From a virus (Duplodnaviria > Caudoviricetes): a stretch of 64,000 nucleotides of DNA. Of this stretch, positions 55,885 to 64,000 are shown one piece after another. Positions within the stretch are counted from its first letter, which is position 1; every line of letters begins with the position of its first letter. The DNA is taken from positions 2,743-66,742 of IMG/VR virus record IMGVR_UViG_3300049060_000034; one strand, written 5' to 3'. Made by a program: the position numbers and the translations under genes. The notes under the pieces were generated by a model. That model did no database searches. It worked only from the letters and a program-made list of their open reading frames with translations, and was not told where the DNA came from.

Positions 55885-57147
55885 ATGGAAGAAGATCTCA
55901 TTCAGGTATACAGGCTCGGGGAAGCGCCCATAGTGGTCCCCCGCAGCCAGATAGTCTGGACGGACCGTAGCCGAATGGCCTGCCCCTGCCCCAGGAAGCG
56001 ATTCCTGGAGTCGGAGTACGCGGGCACCGGCTACATTACGACCGCCAGAAACGAAGACCTCACCATAGGTGGGGCAGTCCACGAAGGGGTAGACCTCCTT
56101 CTTCAGGGCGGGAGTCTTGACAAGGCTCTGACTGTCGCTGAGGAGTGTTACGTAGGGGCTCACCCCTGGGGGGACTGGCTGCTTCCGGAACAGAAGGAAG
56201 TTCTCAATGGAGACGGACTACACCTAGTCAAGGCCCTCATCTACGCCTTCCACTCCTGTTACCTTCAACGGTACTTGGAACAATACGAAGTCCTAGACGT
56301 CGAAGAGGAGATCAACTGGCTCCTCCACCACGACAAGAGGGTGGACCGATATTACGTGTTCATGTCCCGCCCGGATGCGGTCCTCCGCGACCGTAAGACC
56401 GGACGCATCTGGCACGTCAGTCACAAGACGGCCAAGAAGTTCGACGACGTGGTCATGGCCCGGCTAGAAGTGGACCTTCAGCGATTCGCCGAGGGACTGG
56501 CCGTCGAGGCCAAGTACGGTGAGCCCATCGAAGGTACGTACTACAACTACTTCATAAAGGGCGACCGTCGTAGGGACGAGGCCACGGGGTGTGACCGTTA
56601 CACCACGGGACTCATTAGGCCCTACATATTCCGTCAGTCCGGGGGGGACTTGACGCCAGAGATGGTTTCGTTCGCATGGGAGTGGAATCATTTGGAGATC
56701 GCCACCGGCAAGGTCAGCAAGAAGCGTCTCGGCAAAGGCTGGGAGAAGGCCGACATCCATAGAGAGATGGACTTCATGACCTACCTGGGATGGCTCGAAC
56801 AGAAGTGGGTCCAGCGCGAGGGCAACGACTACCTCTTAGACTCCATAGCGGGGATGATCCCCGTATTTTGGGAAGAGGAACACGCCCGAAGATGGATGTG
56901 GGGAGCGGCCATGGACGAACGTACATGGTTCTACAAGATGGTCATTGTGGGCGAGAAGCCCAACCTCGATCACGAAACGGTGGTCGAGAAGATTCCTCTT
57001 GCCTCGTCCCACTGCTTCTCTTACAATCACCGATGCGCCTACTTCGACGTGTGTTGGCGCGGGAGACATCCAGATACCCTTCTGAATGAGGGCTCCTTGT
57101 CAATTCGGGAGCCGAACCATCTTCAAGAGTTTTATTCTGAATTGTGA
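55885..57147 (+). CDS. PD-(D/E)XK exonuclease, Cas4/AddB-like with probable Fe-S staple
   Basis: SRPDAVLRD...HKTAK; N-terminal Cys and C-terminal C-x6-C-x5-C. Confidence 0.75.
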   Translation: MEEDLIQVYRLGEAPIVVPRSQIVWTDRSRMACPCPRKRFLESEYAGTGYITTARNEDLTIGGAVHEGVDLLLQGGSLDKALTVAEECYVGAHPWGDWLLPEQKEVLNGDGLHLVKALIYAFHSCYLQRYLEQYEVLDVEEEINWLLHHDKRVDRYYVFMSRPDAVLRDRKTGRIWHVSHKTAKKFDDVVMARLEVDLQRFAEGLAVEAKYGEPIEGTYYNYFIKGDRRRDEATGCDRYTTGLIRPYIFRQSGGDLTPEMVSFAWEWNHLEIATGKVSKKRLGKGWEKADIHREMDFMTYLGWLEQKWVQREGNDYLLDSIAGMIPVFWEEEHARRWMWGAAMDERTWFYKMVIVGEKPNLDHETVVEKIPLASSHCFSYNHRCAYFDVCWRGRHPDTLLNEGSLSIREPNHLQEFYSEL

Positions 57148-58193
57148 CTAAACCTCCAGTAGTAGTTCCGCCGAGGGTGGCCCCGCCCCCTCAGGCGGCC
57201 AGATCGCCGCTAGTCGTAACGCCGAAGGCGGAGTTTCCCGCCCCCGAATTCAAGGGGGAGCTACAGCCCACGATCATCCCTGCGGACTTCGCGGGGGTCA
57301 ATCTGGTCACCGGCATCCGTGGTCACGGGAAGACTAGCTACGGACTGAAGACTGACAACCCCTCTAACATTCTGATGTTGGACTACGAGGACAAGGGTGG
57401 GTTGTTGGCCGAACCACTAGGAGTGGGCGGATACTTCCAGGTGATGACCGAAGTCATCGGTCAGATGGGAGACAAGTTTGAGTTACAGGCAGTGTACGAC
57501 CGTACACTGCAAATCCTCAACGCAGTACCCAAGGACAGGTTCACGACGTTGTTCATCGACAACGCCCAGGACCTCCAGGACGGATCATCTCAACTGATCC
57601 GCAACAATCCTGACGTCGCCAGACGGTACGGCGTGAGGCCGGAGAATGCCGAGAGCGGCAGCTACGGGGGCGCTTTACCTGGAGTGAAGCACCTCGTCAA
57701 GAATATGTTCCACTTGGCAAATTCCAAGGGGATCAAAGTCATCGTCGTCACCTTCCAACTCAAGGGAGCTTGGAGGGACGGCAAACCACTGAGCGGTAAG
57801 TTCAAGATGACAGATGTGTCAATTTGGCACGAACGGTCCATTTTGACGCTGGCCATGATCGAGCCGATGCCCCAGCATTTTCCGATCCCGAGAGCCCTCA
57901 TCATGAAGGAGCAACTCTCCAAGATGATCTGGGTCCCCGGCGACACGGAGAAGCCCGGCTACACCAAGCAGATCAGGCGAATGCCGATGGCCCTGCCCAA
58001 GGCTGAACCGCAATACGTATATGAATATCTGAAGGAAGGCCACTATGCTGACTTCGCCAATCCAAAGCCCGGCGAGATGGCCACGGCTGAAGAGTTGTTC
58101 CCGTTCACTCCTACGTTCGGCAAGGAACAATTGTTGATGATGGAGAGGATGGTCAGAGCCCAACAGGCTTTGGCCGCTGAGGGTGACGACTAA
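57144..58193 (+). CDS. AAA_24/Sak4-like recombinase ATPase
   Basis: GIRGHGKTS Walker A, LFIDNAQ Walker B; between exonuclease and SSB-like gene. Confidence 0.7.
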   Translation: MTKPPVVVPPRVAPPPQAARSPLVVTPKAEFPAPEFKGELQPTIIPADFAGVNLVTGIRGHGKTSYGLKTDNPSNILMLDYEDKGGLLAEPLGVGGYFQVMTEVIGQMGDKFELQAVYDRTLQILNAVPKDRFTTLFIDNAQDLQDGSSQLIRNNPDVARRYGVRPENAESGSYGGALPGVKHLVKNMFHLANSKGIKVIVVTFQLKGAWRDGKPLSGKFKMTDVSIWHERSILTLAMIEPMPQHFPIPRALIMKEQLSKMIWVPGDTEKPGYTKQIRRMPMALPKAEPQYVYEYLKEGHYADFANPKPGEMATAEELFPFTPTFGKEQLLMMERMVRAQQALAAEGDD

Positions 58194-58433
58194 ATGAGGC
58201 GCATAACAGTTGAAGTGGGACAGGAGAACGAGGCCATTGGGGTGTACGTACAGAACATGGAACCGTACGACTCCATTGTAGCCTTGCTATACACGGCCCT
58301 AGCCCTCCTAGAAGGTCGTGCTCAAGTATCGTTCGGCGATGGTTCACCCTTGACTGATGGAGAGGAACAAGACAATATGTCCTCCTCAACAGTAGGAAGC
58401 TACGTCGGACCAGGAGGACAGCGTGACAACTAA
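58194..58433 (+). CDS. Hypothetical protein
   Basis: Packed ORF. Confidence 0.5.
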   Translation: MRRITVEVGQENEAIGVYVQNMEPYDSIVALLYTALALLEGRAQVSFGDGSPLTDGEEQDNMSSSTVGSYVGPGGQRDN

Positions 58434-58698
58434 GGTAATGGTTCGAGAGCGAATAGCCTCGACCGAGAAAGACCCTCACGCCTGGATGAAGAATCAGGCC
58501 AGGGGCAGGAGGGACGGCGGGGGCAAGGTCAAGAAACCCCAGACAGCACTGTGGGCCTGTTCCGCTGTTAAGGGGGTGTGCACTCAAAAGCCTCATCCCC
58601 GCATCGGGTGCGCCGTACACGGCTCCAAAGAGGAGGCCGAACGCTGCAACCGAAGGGCCGAGAAGTTGGCCCAAGAAGCACTGGAAACAAATGCCTAA
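58423..58698 (+). CDS. Cys/His basic protein
   Basis: AGGAGG RBS; C...C...H...C...H. Confidence 0.55.
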   Translation: MTTKVMVRERIASTEKDPHAWMKNQARGRRDGGGKVKKPQTALWACSAVKGVCTQKPHPRIGCAVHGSKEEAERCNRRAEKLAQEALETNA

Positions 58699-58963
58699 AG
58701 GTCCTAAAGTTTCAATAACTCACAAAGGAATCAAGTACCAATTCTCAGTAGAGCAATATGAGCTACTGGCGAAAGGTACGGTCAAGGCCGACAGGCCCCT
58801 CGAATGGGAAACTGAAGTGAGGGTTCGCGGCCTTACGAAGAGAGGTCTCTTCGTTAAGAGGAAGGGATCGTTCGTAAGAACGATCCTCGGGTCGGCGGTT
58901 GTCCAAGAGTACAACAACCGAACCAAGAGTAAGGAAGCCGCCAAAGCTGCGGCCAAGGAGTAG
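58691..58963 (+). CDS. Basic hypothetical protein
   Basis: Overlapping start/stop. Confidence 0.55.
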   Translation: MPKGPKVSITHKGIKYQFSVEQYELLAKGTVKADRPLEWETEVRVRGLTKRGLFVKRKGSFVRTILGSAVVQEYNNRTKSKEAAKAAAKE

Positions 58964-58964
58964 C

Positions 58965-59738
58965 ATGTCTCAGTACGTTGATGAGGGCGAGGAAACCCAA
59001 TCAGTCCCCACGTTTGACATTAACGACCCAGAGTCGTTAGCTCAACTCCAGGAGATCGTTCCGGATATTGATCCGGACGACATACCCAAACAAACTAGAC
59101 CGGCTCCTCCGCCAGACGGAGTCCACTGGGTCAAGGTAAGACTCAGGGGAGACAAGTCCGAGCCTGTCTACTATAAGAACCTCAGGGTAGATCCCGACAC
59201 CGGGAAACTCACTTGCGATTCCGTGATCGCAATTCTAACCGTCCGTGTGGTTGATGGTCAGACTGGAGCCGAACTCGGCTTTCTTAAAGACTGGTACGCC
59301 TCTACCACTACTCCCAAAGTCTCTCCTGGGCAACCACCCAAGGGAGCGGCGCTAACCGCCATCTGCAAGATGGCTGGCAAACCGATCCGGCTGGGCGCGT
59401 CCCTGCCAGAGATCAAGGCCCATGTGGAGAGGGTCTTCGCCGAAGCCGGTGAAGAAGGTATCCTCGTCCTCGTCAAGACGCAATGGCTGAAGTCCGTACC
59501 CAAGGCCAAGGACGAAAACGGCCTTGTGACCTACGTCTACAAAGATGTGGGCGGCAAACAGGTCAAGGACTACGAGCCCGAGATCAAGGGCATGAAGAAG
59601 ATCCTTGAACTCGCTGCCAAGCAGGGCATCCCGGAGGACATGGCCCACCTGTGGTACGATCCCGTAACTGGGGACGAACGCACAGTCCAGGCCCAGGTAC
59701 AGAGCATAGAAGATCCCGCTAAGTACCAGATCAGCTAG
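58965..59738 (+). CDS. Single-stranded DNA-binding-like protein
   Basis: AAGGAG RBS before ATG 58965; beta-rich PDGVHWVKV; context after the Sak4-like gene. Confidence 0.5.
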   Translation: MSQYVDEGEETQSVPTFDINDPESLAQLQEIVPDIDPDDIPKQTRPAPPPDGVHWVKVRLRGDKSEPVYYKNLRVDPDTGKLTCDSVIAILTVRVVDGQTGAELGFLKDWYASTTTPKVSPGQPPKGAALTAICKMAGKPIRLGASLPEIKAHVERVFAEAGEEGILVLVKTQWLKSVPKAKDENGLVTYVYKDVGGKQVKDYEPEIKGMKKILELAAKQGIPEDMAHLWYDPVTGDERTVQAQVQSIEDPAKYQIS

Positions 59739-59743
59739 GCTAA

Positions 59744-59772
59744 GGGGGGAGGGAAACCTCCCCCACTCTTTT
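59744..59772 (+). terminator. Terminator-like hairpin
   Basis: GGGGGAGG-GAAA-CCTCCCCC followed by CTCTTTT. Confidence 0.6.
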
Positions 59773-59778
59773 ACTAAT

Positions 59779-60129
59779 ATGTCAGGATGGATAGGCGTAG
59801 ATTTAGACGGAACTTTGGCCCACTACGAAGGGTGGAACAACGGTTCAATCGGTGAGCCCATCCCGGCCATGATGGAACGAGTCCAGAAGTGGTTGAGAGA
59901 TGGGAAGGAGGTCCGTATATTTACGGCGCGGGCTAGTGATCCAACACAGAAACAGTATGTTGAACACTGGCTGCACGACAACGGCTTATCAGGGCTTGAA
60001 GTCACCAACGTCAAAGACTTCAGGATGATCGAGCTTTGGGACGACCGGGCAGTACAGGTCATTCCCAACACAGGTCAGGCCCTGCAAGAAAACACCATAG
60101 TCGTAAATGATCTACGTAGAGTCAAGTGA
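59779..60129 (+). CDS. HAD-superfamily phosphatase-like protein
   Basis: WIGVDLDGTLA, IFTAR, KDF...LWDDRA. Confidence 0.75.
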   Translation: MSGWIGVDLDGTLAHYEGWNNGSIGEPIPAMMERVQKWLRDGKEVRIFTARASDPTQKQYVEHWLHDNGLSGLEVTNVKDFRMIELWDDRAVQVIPNTGQALQENTIVVNDLRRVK

Positions 60130-63065
60130 TTCCACTAAATGTCCTACCGAACGGACTCCCAACGACCTGCTCGGGCTGCCCCCTGAGCGACAACTCAAGG
60201 TGTGGTTACTTCTCAAAGATAACCGGGCAAGGTCATTCGGGAGTAATGATTGTAGGTGAGGCCAGCGGTGAACACGAAGCCCAAGAGGGCCGACCATTCA
60301 TCGAGTGGGCTCCATCAGGTTCCATTTTGGAGAAAGCCATCAAGCTGACTGGCTCATCGCGGAACGACTTCTGGCTCACGAACATCGTGAGGTGTCGCCC
60401 GCCCAATAACTTCTTAGCAGGAGCGTCGTACGAACATGCTGCCATTGAGCACTGCTCTCAGTATCTCAATAGAGCCATCCGTGAGCTTAGACCCCGAGCT
60501 ATACTCGCTCTTGGATCAGTTCCTCTTAGAGAACTTACCGGCTTTCATTCAGGAAAAAGATCCATCAGTTACGTGCGAGGTTACGCACTTTCAGGTCCCA
60601 TGGGGATCACGACGATACCAAGTTACCATCCGGCGTTTATTGCCAGAGGTAACACCAGACTGATTGGGCTCTTGATCAAAGACATCATGTCCGCCAAGTC
60701 CGCCGCCGCAGGACGTCTCCGTCCAGTCATTGATCCGACTATGGAGATGCAGGCGGAGGAAGGCGTATATGCCTTGGAGGCCCTCTACGAAGAGGCACGA
60801 CGTGACCCACAGTTATGGATCGCGTACGACATAGAGACGGAAACATCCGTCGAGGGCGAAGAAGATGCAATCATCGAATTCGAAGATAACCATTCCTCCT
60901 CCGTCGAGGCAGACCTTCTTGGAGGCGAACAAGAGGATCGTCATCATGATGATGAAGTGGGTCCAGGAGGAGAACTGGAAGGCGCCGTTGACTCGCGGCG
61001 AAATGATGGACATTCTGACCTGGACACAAGGCGCGCCAGTATACTGTCAATTCAGTTCGCCCTCAGCGACACCAGAGGAGTCTACGGAGACTGGTCAGAC
61101 CGACGAGTTAGAGAACTGGCCCAGAGAATTCTAGCCCTTCCCAATGCGAAGATCGGCTGGAACAATAGTTTATTTGACGACCCAATACTGAGACGTCACG
61201 GAGTAGTAATCAATGGCGACATCCACGATGGTATTCTCATGCGCCGCGCCCTACAGCCTGACCTCCCCGCCGGACTTCAACAAGTGGCGGTGGACTATGG
61301 ATGGGGCTTTCCGTGGAAGCATCACTCTGGAAGTAATGCAGTCCTTTACGGGGTTGCTGACGTTTGCAGTCTCGTTAAGATTGCAATGCGGTTGCCATCC
61401 GAACTGGACAAGTTCGGAATGTGGGAAGGATACAATCGTTTCATTCGACAGATTCGAGAGAAGGTTCTCGAACCCTGGGAACGCCGGGGCATACCAATGT
61501 CGAAGGTGCGGTTGGACGAGTTCAGAAGGTGGCTGAGCATAGAAGTGGACAGGATGACCCAAGAGCTAGTCTCCCAGGTCCCGGAAGAACTTCATGGGCG
61601 GCATCCCAAAGAAGGGTATAAGTCCGCCCCTGATGTGGTCCGCCAATTCATAACGGACTTCCTCCCCCACTTCTTCGAGCCCACCGAGAAGACGTACAAG
61701 AACGGGAAGACCAAGCTGGTCAAAAGCAAGACGAAGGTTAGTGACGTCTACAAGATGTTAGTAACAGGGGAATTGCCTGAGAACCTTGCCTCGTTACTGA
61801 TATGGTGTCCTAACCTCCGTCTGGGAGATTTCGGCGGCGAGCCCAGGCTCTACGAAGAGATCCCGTTCAACCCTCGGTCATCCAAACAGATGATCGAGTA
61901 CATAAAGTTTAAAGGCTACGAGGTACCCAAAACCTTTAAGGACAATAAGGAAACAACCTCGGATAAGCTGATGAAACGACTGGAAGTATCGACGGGGGAC
62001 CCCGTGATCAAATTGTCCAGGGAGATCCGGGTCGTCGAGAAAATGCAGTCGAGCTACACCGGCAAAGTGGACGAGCAAGGTGTGGCAAGGGGGGGATGGA
62101 TACCCGACTCCGACGGGAGGCTCCGTACGAGAGCACTGACAAAGTCCACTTGGCAGTTCGCGTCAGTCTCCCCCAACGTATTCACCATGCCCAAGAGGCG
62201 TGGAGATTTGGCCAAGCGGTTCCGAAGCTGCATGGCCGCCGAGAGTGGACACGTCCTTGTGGAGTTTGATTACAAGGCGTTCCACGACTTGACCACAGCC
62301 GCCCTGGCGGGGGATGAACGTAAGTGGAGGACCGCTCGCATCGACCCCCACTCTTACGTCGCCGGGTGGCTGGTCAAGTATCCCGGAATCGAACGGGCTC
62401 TGGAGATGTCGGACTCCGATCTCCAAGAGTACCTACTGGAGATTAAGAAGCGGCACAAGAAGGTGCGCGATGAACAGGCGAAGCCGTTGAACCACGGCAC
62501 GAACTTCGGACAAAGTTACCGGCGCCTGTTTTTTGAGAACGAGGAATACTTTGAAAGTGAATCACAGGCCAAGCAGCTTTTGCTACTGCTCAAGCGCGTT
62601 TACCCCAAGACTTTCGTCTGGCAAGAAGAACTCCTTGAGTCTCTTGACACTGGCCGTGGAAGAACCCCCCACCTCCAGTCAGTCTGGGGAGCCCGCCGAT
62701 GGTTCTGGGACGTCTGGATCTGGAAGAAGAATTTCAGAGGAGAGTGGTACAAAGCAAAGGGGCAAGACGCGGAGAAAGCGTTAGCCTTTCTGCCAGCGAA
62801 CCACGCTCACGGAATGTTCCGCCTTAAGATGTTGGAGATGGCGGAGTTGGGATGGTTGGATCGGTATGAACTGGTCAACTTCCCACATGACGCCCTCGTC
62901 TTCCATCCTCCAAAGGAACTGGCCGACGAGTGTATGGCCAACGTCAAAGAGTGGATGGAGGCTCCCGTCATCGAACTCAGGCACGACGTCCTTTGCCCTG
63001 AAGGATTCTCCTGCGGCGTGGACGTCCAAATCGGACCCGACCTTGGGTCAATGGAGGAGTTGTAA
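60126..63065 (+). CDS. Family-4 uracil-DNA glycosylase fused to family A DNA polymerase (3'-5' exonuclease + polymerase)
   Basis: UDG: CSGCPL, VGEASG, TNIVRCRPP, YHPA; exonuclease: YDIET, WNNSLFD; polymerase: FDYKAFH, AKPLNHGTNFG, PHDALVF. Confidence 0.9.
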   Translation: MIPLNVLPNGLPTTCSGCPLSDNSRCGYFSKITGQGHSGVMIVGEASGEHEAQEGRPFIEWAPSGSILEKAIKLTGSSRNDFWLTNIVRCRPPNNFLAGASYEHAAIEHCSQYLNRAIRELRPRAILALGSVPLRELTGFHSGKRSISYVRGYALSGPMGITTIPSYHPAFIARGNTRLIGLLIKDIMSAKSAAAGRLRPVIDPTMEMQAEEGVYALEALYEEARRDPQLWIAYDIETETSVEGEEDAIIEFEDNHSSSVEADLLGGEQEDRHHDDEVGPGGELEGAVDSRRNDGHSDLDTRRASILSIQFALSDTRGVYGDWSDRRVRELAQRILALPNAKIGWNNSLFDDPILRRHGVVINGDIHDGILMRRALQPDLPAGLQQVAVDYGWGFPWKHHSGSNAVLYGVADVCSLVKIAMRLPSELDKFGMWEGYNRFIRQIREKVLEPWERRGIPMSKVRLDEFRRWLSIEVDRMTQELVSQVPEELHGRHPKEGYKSAPDVVRQFITDFLPHFFEPTEKTYKNGKTKLVKSKTKVSDVYKMLVTGELPENLASLLIWCPNLRLGDFGGEPRLYEEIPFNPRSSKQMIEYIKFKGYEVPKTFKDNKETTSDKLMKRLEVSTGDPVIKLSREIRVVEKMQSSYTGKVDEQGVARGGWIPDSDGRLRTRALTKSTWQFASVSPNVFTMPKRRGDLAKRFRSCMAAESGHVLVEFDYKAFHDLTTAALAGDERKWRTARIDPHSYVAGWLVKYPGIERALEMSDSDLQEYLLEIKKRHKKVRDEQAKPLNHGTNFGQSYRRLFFENEEYFESESQAKQLLLLLKRVYPKTFVWQEELLESLDTGRGRTPHLQSVWGARRWFWDVWIWKKNFRGEWYKAKGQDAEKALAFLPANHAHGMFRLKMLEMAELGWLDRYELVNFPHDALVFHPPKELADECMANVKEWMEAPVIELRHDVLCPEGFSCGVDVQIGPDLGSMEEL

Positions 63066-63532
63066 TGAGTGTACAGAAAGTTCCTTGCCGTAGTGGCTGT
63101 GGAGGAATGTTCCATCCAGCCGGTCGAGCCTATCACGAAAAGTTTTGCACCGGAGCCGGGTATCTGCCAATGCGTGGCCCTCGCAGTAAAGGGCAACTAA
63201 AGATAGCGCCAACCGACAAACGTTTGGAGAAGGTTCTATGCAGAAAAGGATGCGGCAGATATTACTGCGCCGCAGGCTTACACCACCATGAGAAGTTCTG
63301 TGACGGTCCCGGCTTTGAGGGCCGCGCCCTCAAGAGGGCAGCCAAGCGGAACAAGGAGGAGGTAAGGTACACCGGCGAGGAGGAGATGGCCTACGAGTTG
63401 TTCTGTGACGACGCGGCTATGTACACCGCCGTACTGCACCTGTTGGAGGCCCGAGACGGTAAAGACGTCTTAGAAAATTTGAGGGCCGCCAAATCGATGA
63501 TCGACATAAAGATCAGGTTCCTAGAGAAGTAA
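63065..63532 (+). CDS. Tandem zinc-finger protein
   Basis: Two CRxGCG...H.HEKFC units. Confidence 0.7.
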   Translation: MSVQKVPCRSGCGGMFHPAGRAYHEKFCTGAGYLPMRGPRSKGQLKIAPTDKRLEKVLCRKGCGRYYCAAGLHHHEKFCDGPGFEGRALKRAAKRNKEEVRYTGEEEMAYELFCDDAAMYTAVLHLLEARDGKDVLENLRAAKSMIDIKIRFLEK

Positions 63533-63726
63533 TGCCCGAACAGATTACCATCGCAAAAGAAGAGATGCCGCCCGATAGGTTCGAGATACAAATAGAGAAT
63601 CAATTCGGAACTACCGTGCGCATCAAAGTTACCCGAAACTTGCTAGAAACCCTCAACGATGGAGTTAAAGCTGGCGACCTAGACAGTCTGTTGAACGACG
63701 AAGTTGTTGGAGTCAAGCTAGCCTAA
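63532..63726 (+). CDS. Hypothetical protein
   Basis: Overlapping start/stop. Confidence 0.5.
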   Translation: MPEQITIAKEEMPPDRFEIQIENQFGTTVRIKVTRNLLETLNDGVKAGDLDSLLNDEVVGVKLA

Positions 63727-63740
63727 CCAAAGGAGACATT

Positions 63741-64000
63741 ATGCCACACACAAAAGGAGAATGCCGCTATTGCGGCAAGGTTATGGACGCGAGGGGCCTC
63801 GGCCCACATGAGAGGACTCACCCGCAGTTCAAGCCTAGGACCAAGGAAGAGAGGATCAACCGGGCCAAGGACACGGGCATGACCGGCATGACCAAAGGAG
63901 CTAGGCTCCAGGCCGTAAGGGAAAGGGTCCGGGCTAGCGCGGCTTCAAGGGCCATGCAAACACAGTACCCGGTGGCCACACCCCCACCCCCGCCCCTTCC
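63741..64000 (+). CDS. C2H2-type zinc-finger protein, runs off window edge
   Basis: AAGGAG RBS; CRYCGK...HERTH; hand-translated. Confidence 0.6.
   Translation, partial: MPHTKGECRYCGKVMDARGLGPHERTHPQFKPRTKEERINRAKDTGMTGMTKGARLQAVRERVRASAASRAMQTQYPVATPPPPPL

Noticed and set aside
55885-57147. Cas4 as part of a CRISPR system
   Set aside because: The Fe-S PD-(D/E)XK nuclease sits with Sak4-like and SSB-like genes, the usual phage recombination context; no array
1-64000. Evidence for lysogeny, rRNA, IS elements or a diversity-generating retroelement
   Set aside because: No integrase, transposase, reverse transcriptase or rRNA signatures recognised, and no template/variable repeat pair seen; lifestyle cannot be called from this window

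Overview
This is a 64-kb slice of a large, GC-rich tailed-phage genome with a podovirus-like gene set. No integrase, helicase, primase, endolysin, RtcB or CRISPR array was recognised in the window. Positions 1-29.6 kb are a minus-strand morphogenesis arm: terminase, portal, scaffold, major capsid, head-tail/nozzle, fibres, an outer-membrane beta-barrel and an ejection protein. A repeat-rich non-coding control region at 29.7-31.0 kb looks like a genome end or pac region. From 31 to 64 kb the plus strand carries small early ORFs, about 9 canonical tRNAs, several dense ncRNA islands, a recombination module and a UDG-family A polymerase fusion with atypical active-site residues. Three RNA-centred loci stand out. 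(1) 18.8-22.1 kb is an oppositely oriented cassette inside the head module: an RHH regulator, an array of RNAs in which four share one internal-loop motif (5'-GC-CA / GCUWY-GC-3') but carry different cargo (an intact tRNA with ACU anticodon, two circularly permuted tRNA domains, a rod), a GGQ release-factor-like gene and a Ro60/TROVE-like vWA gene. (2) 42.4-44.1 kb has a 243-aa unknown gene followed by two tandem permuted tRNA-like units with Gly-type acceptor ends, encoded CCA and a codon-like TTY-AAR-CTW motif, reminiscent of two-piece tmRNA architecture. (3) 46.9-47.2 kb has three tandem hairpin RNAs sharing an ACUURAC/CM internal loop. All structures were paired by eye and all protein calls come from motifs and gene context; no searches were run.
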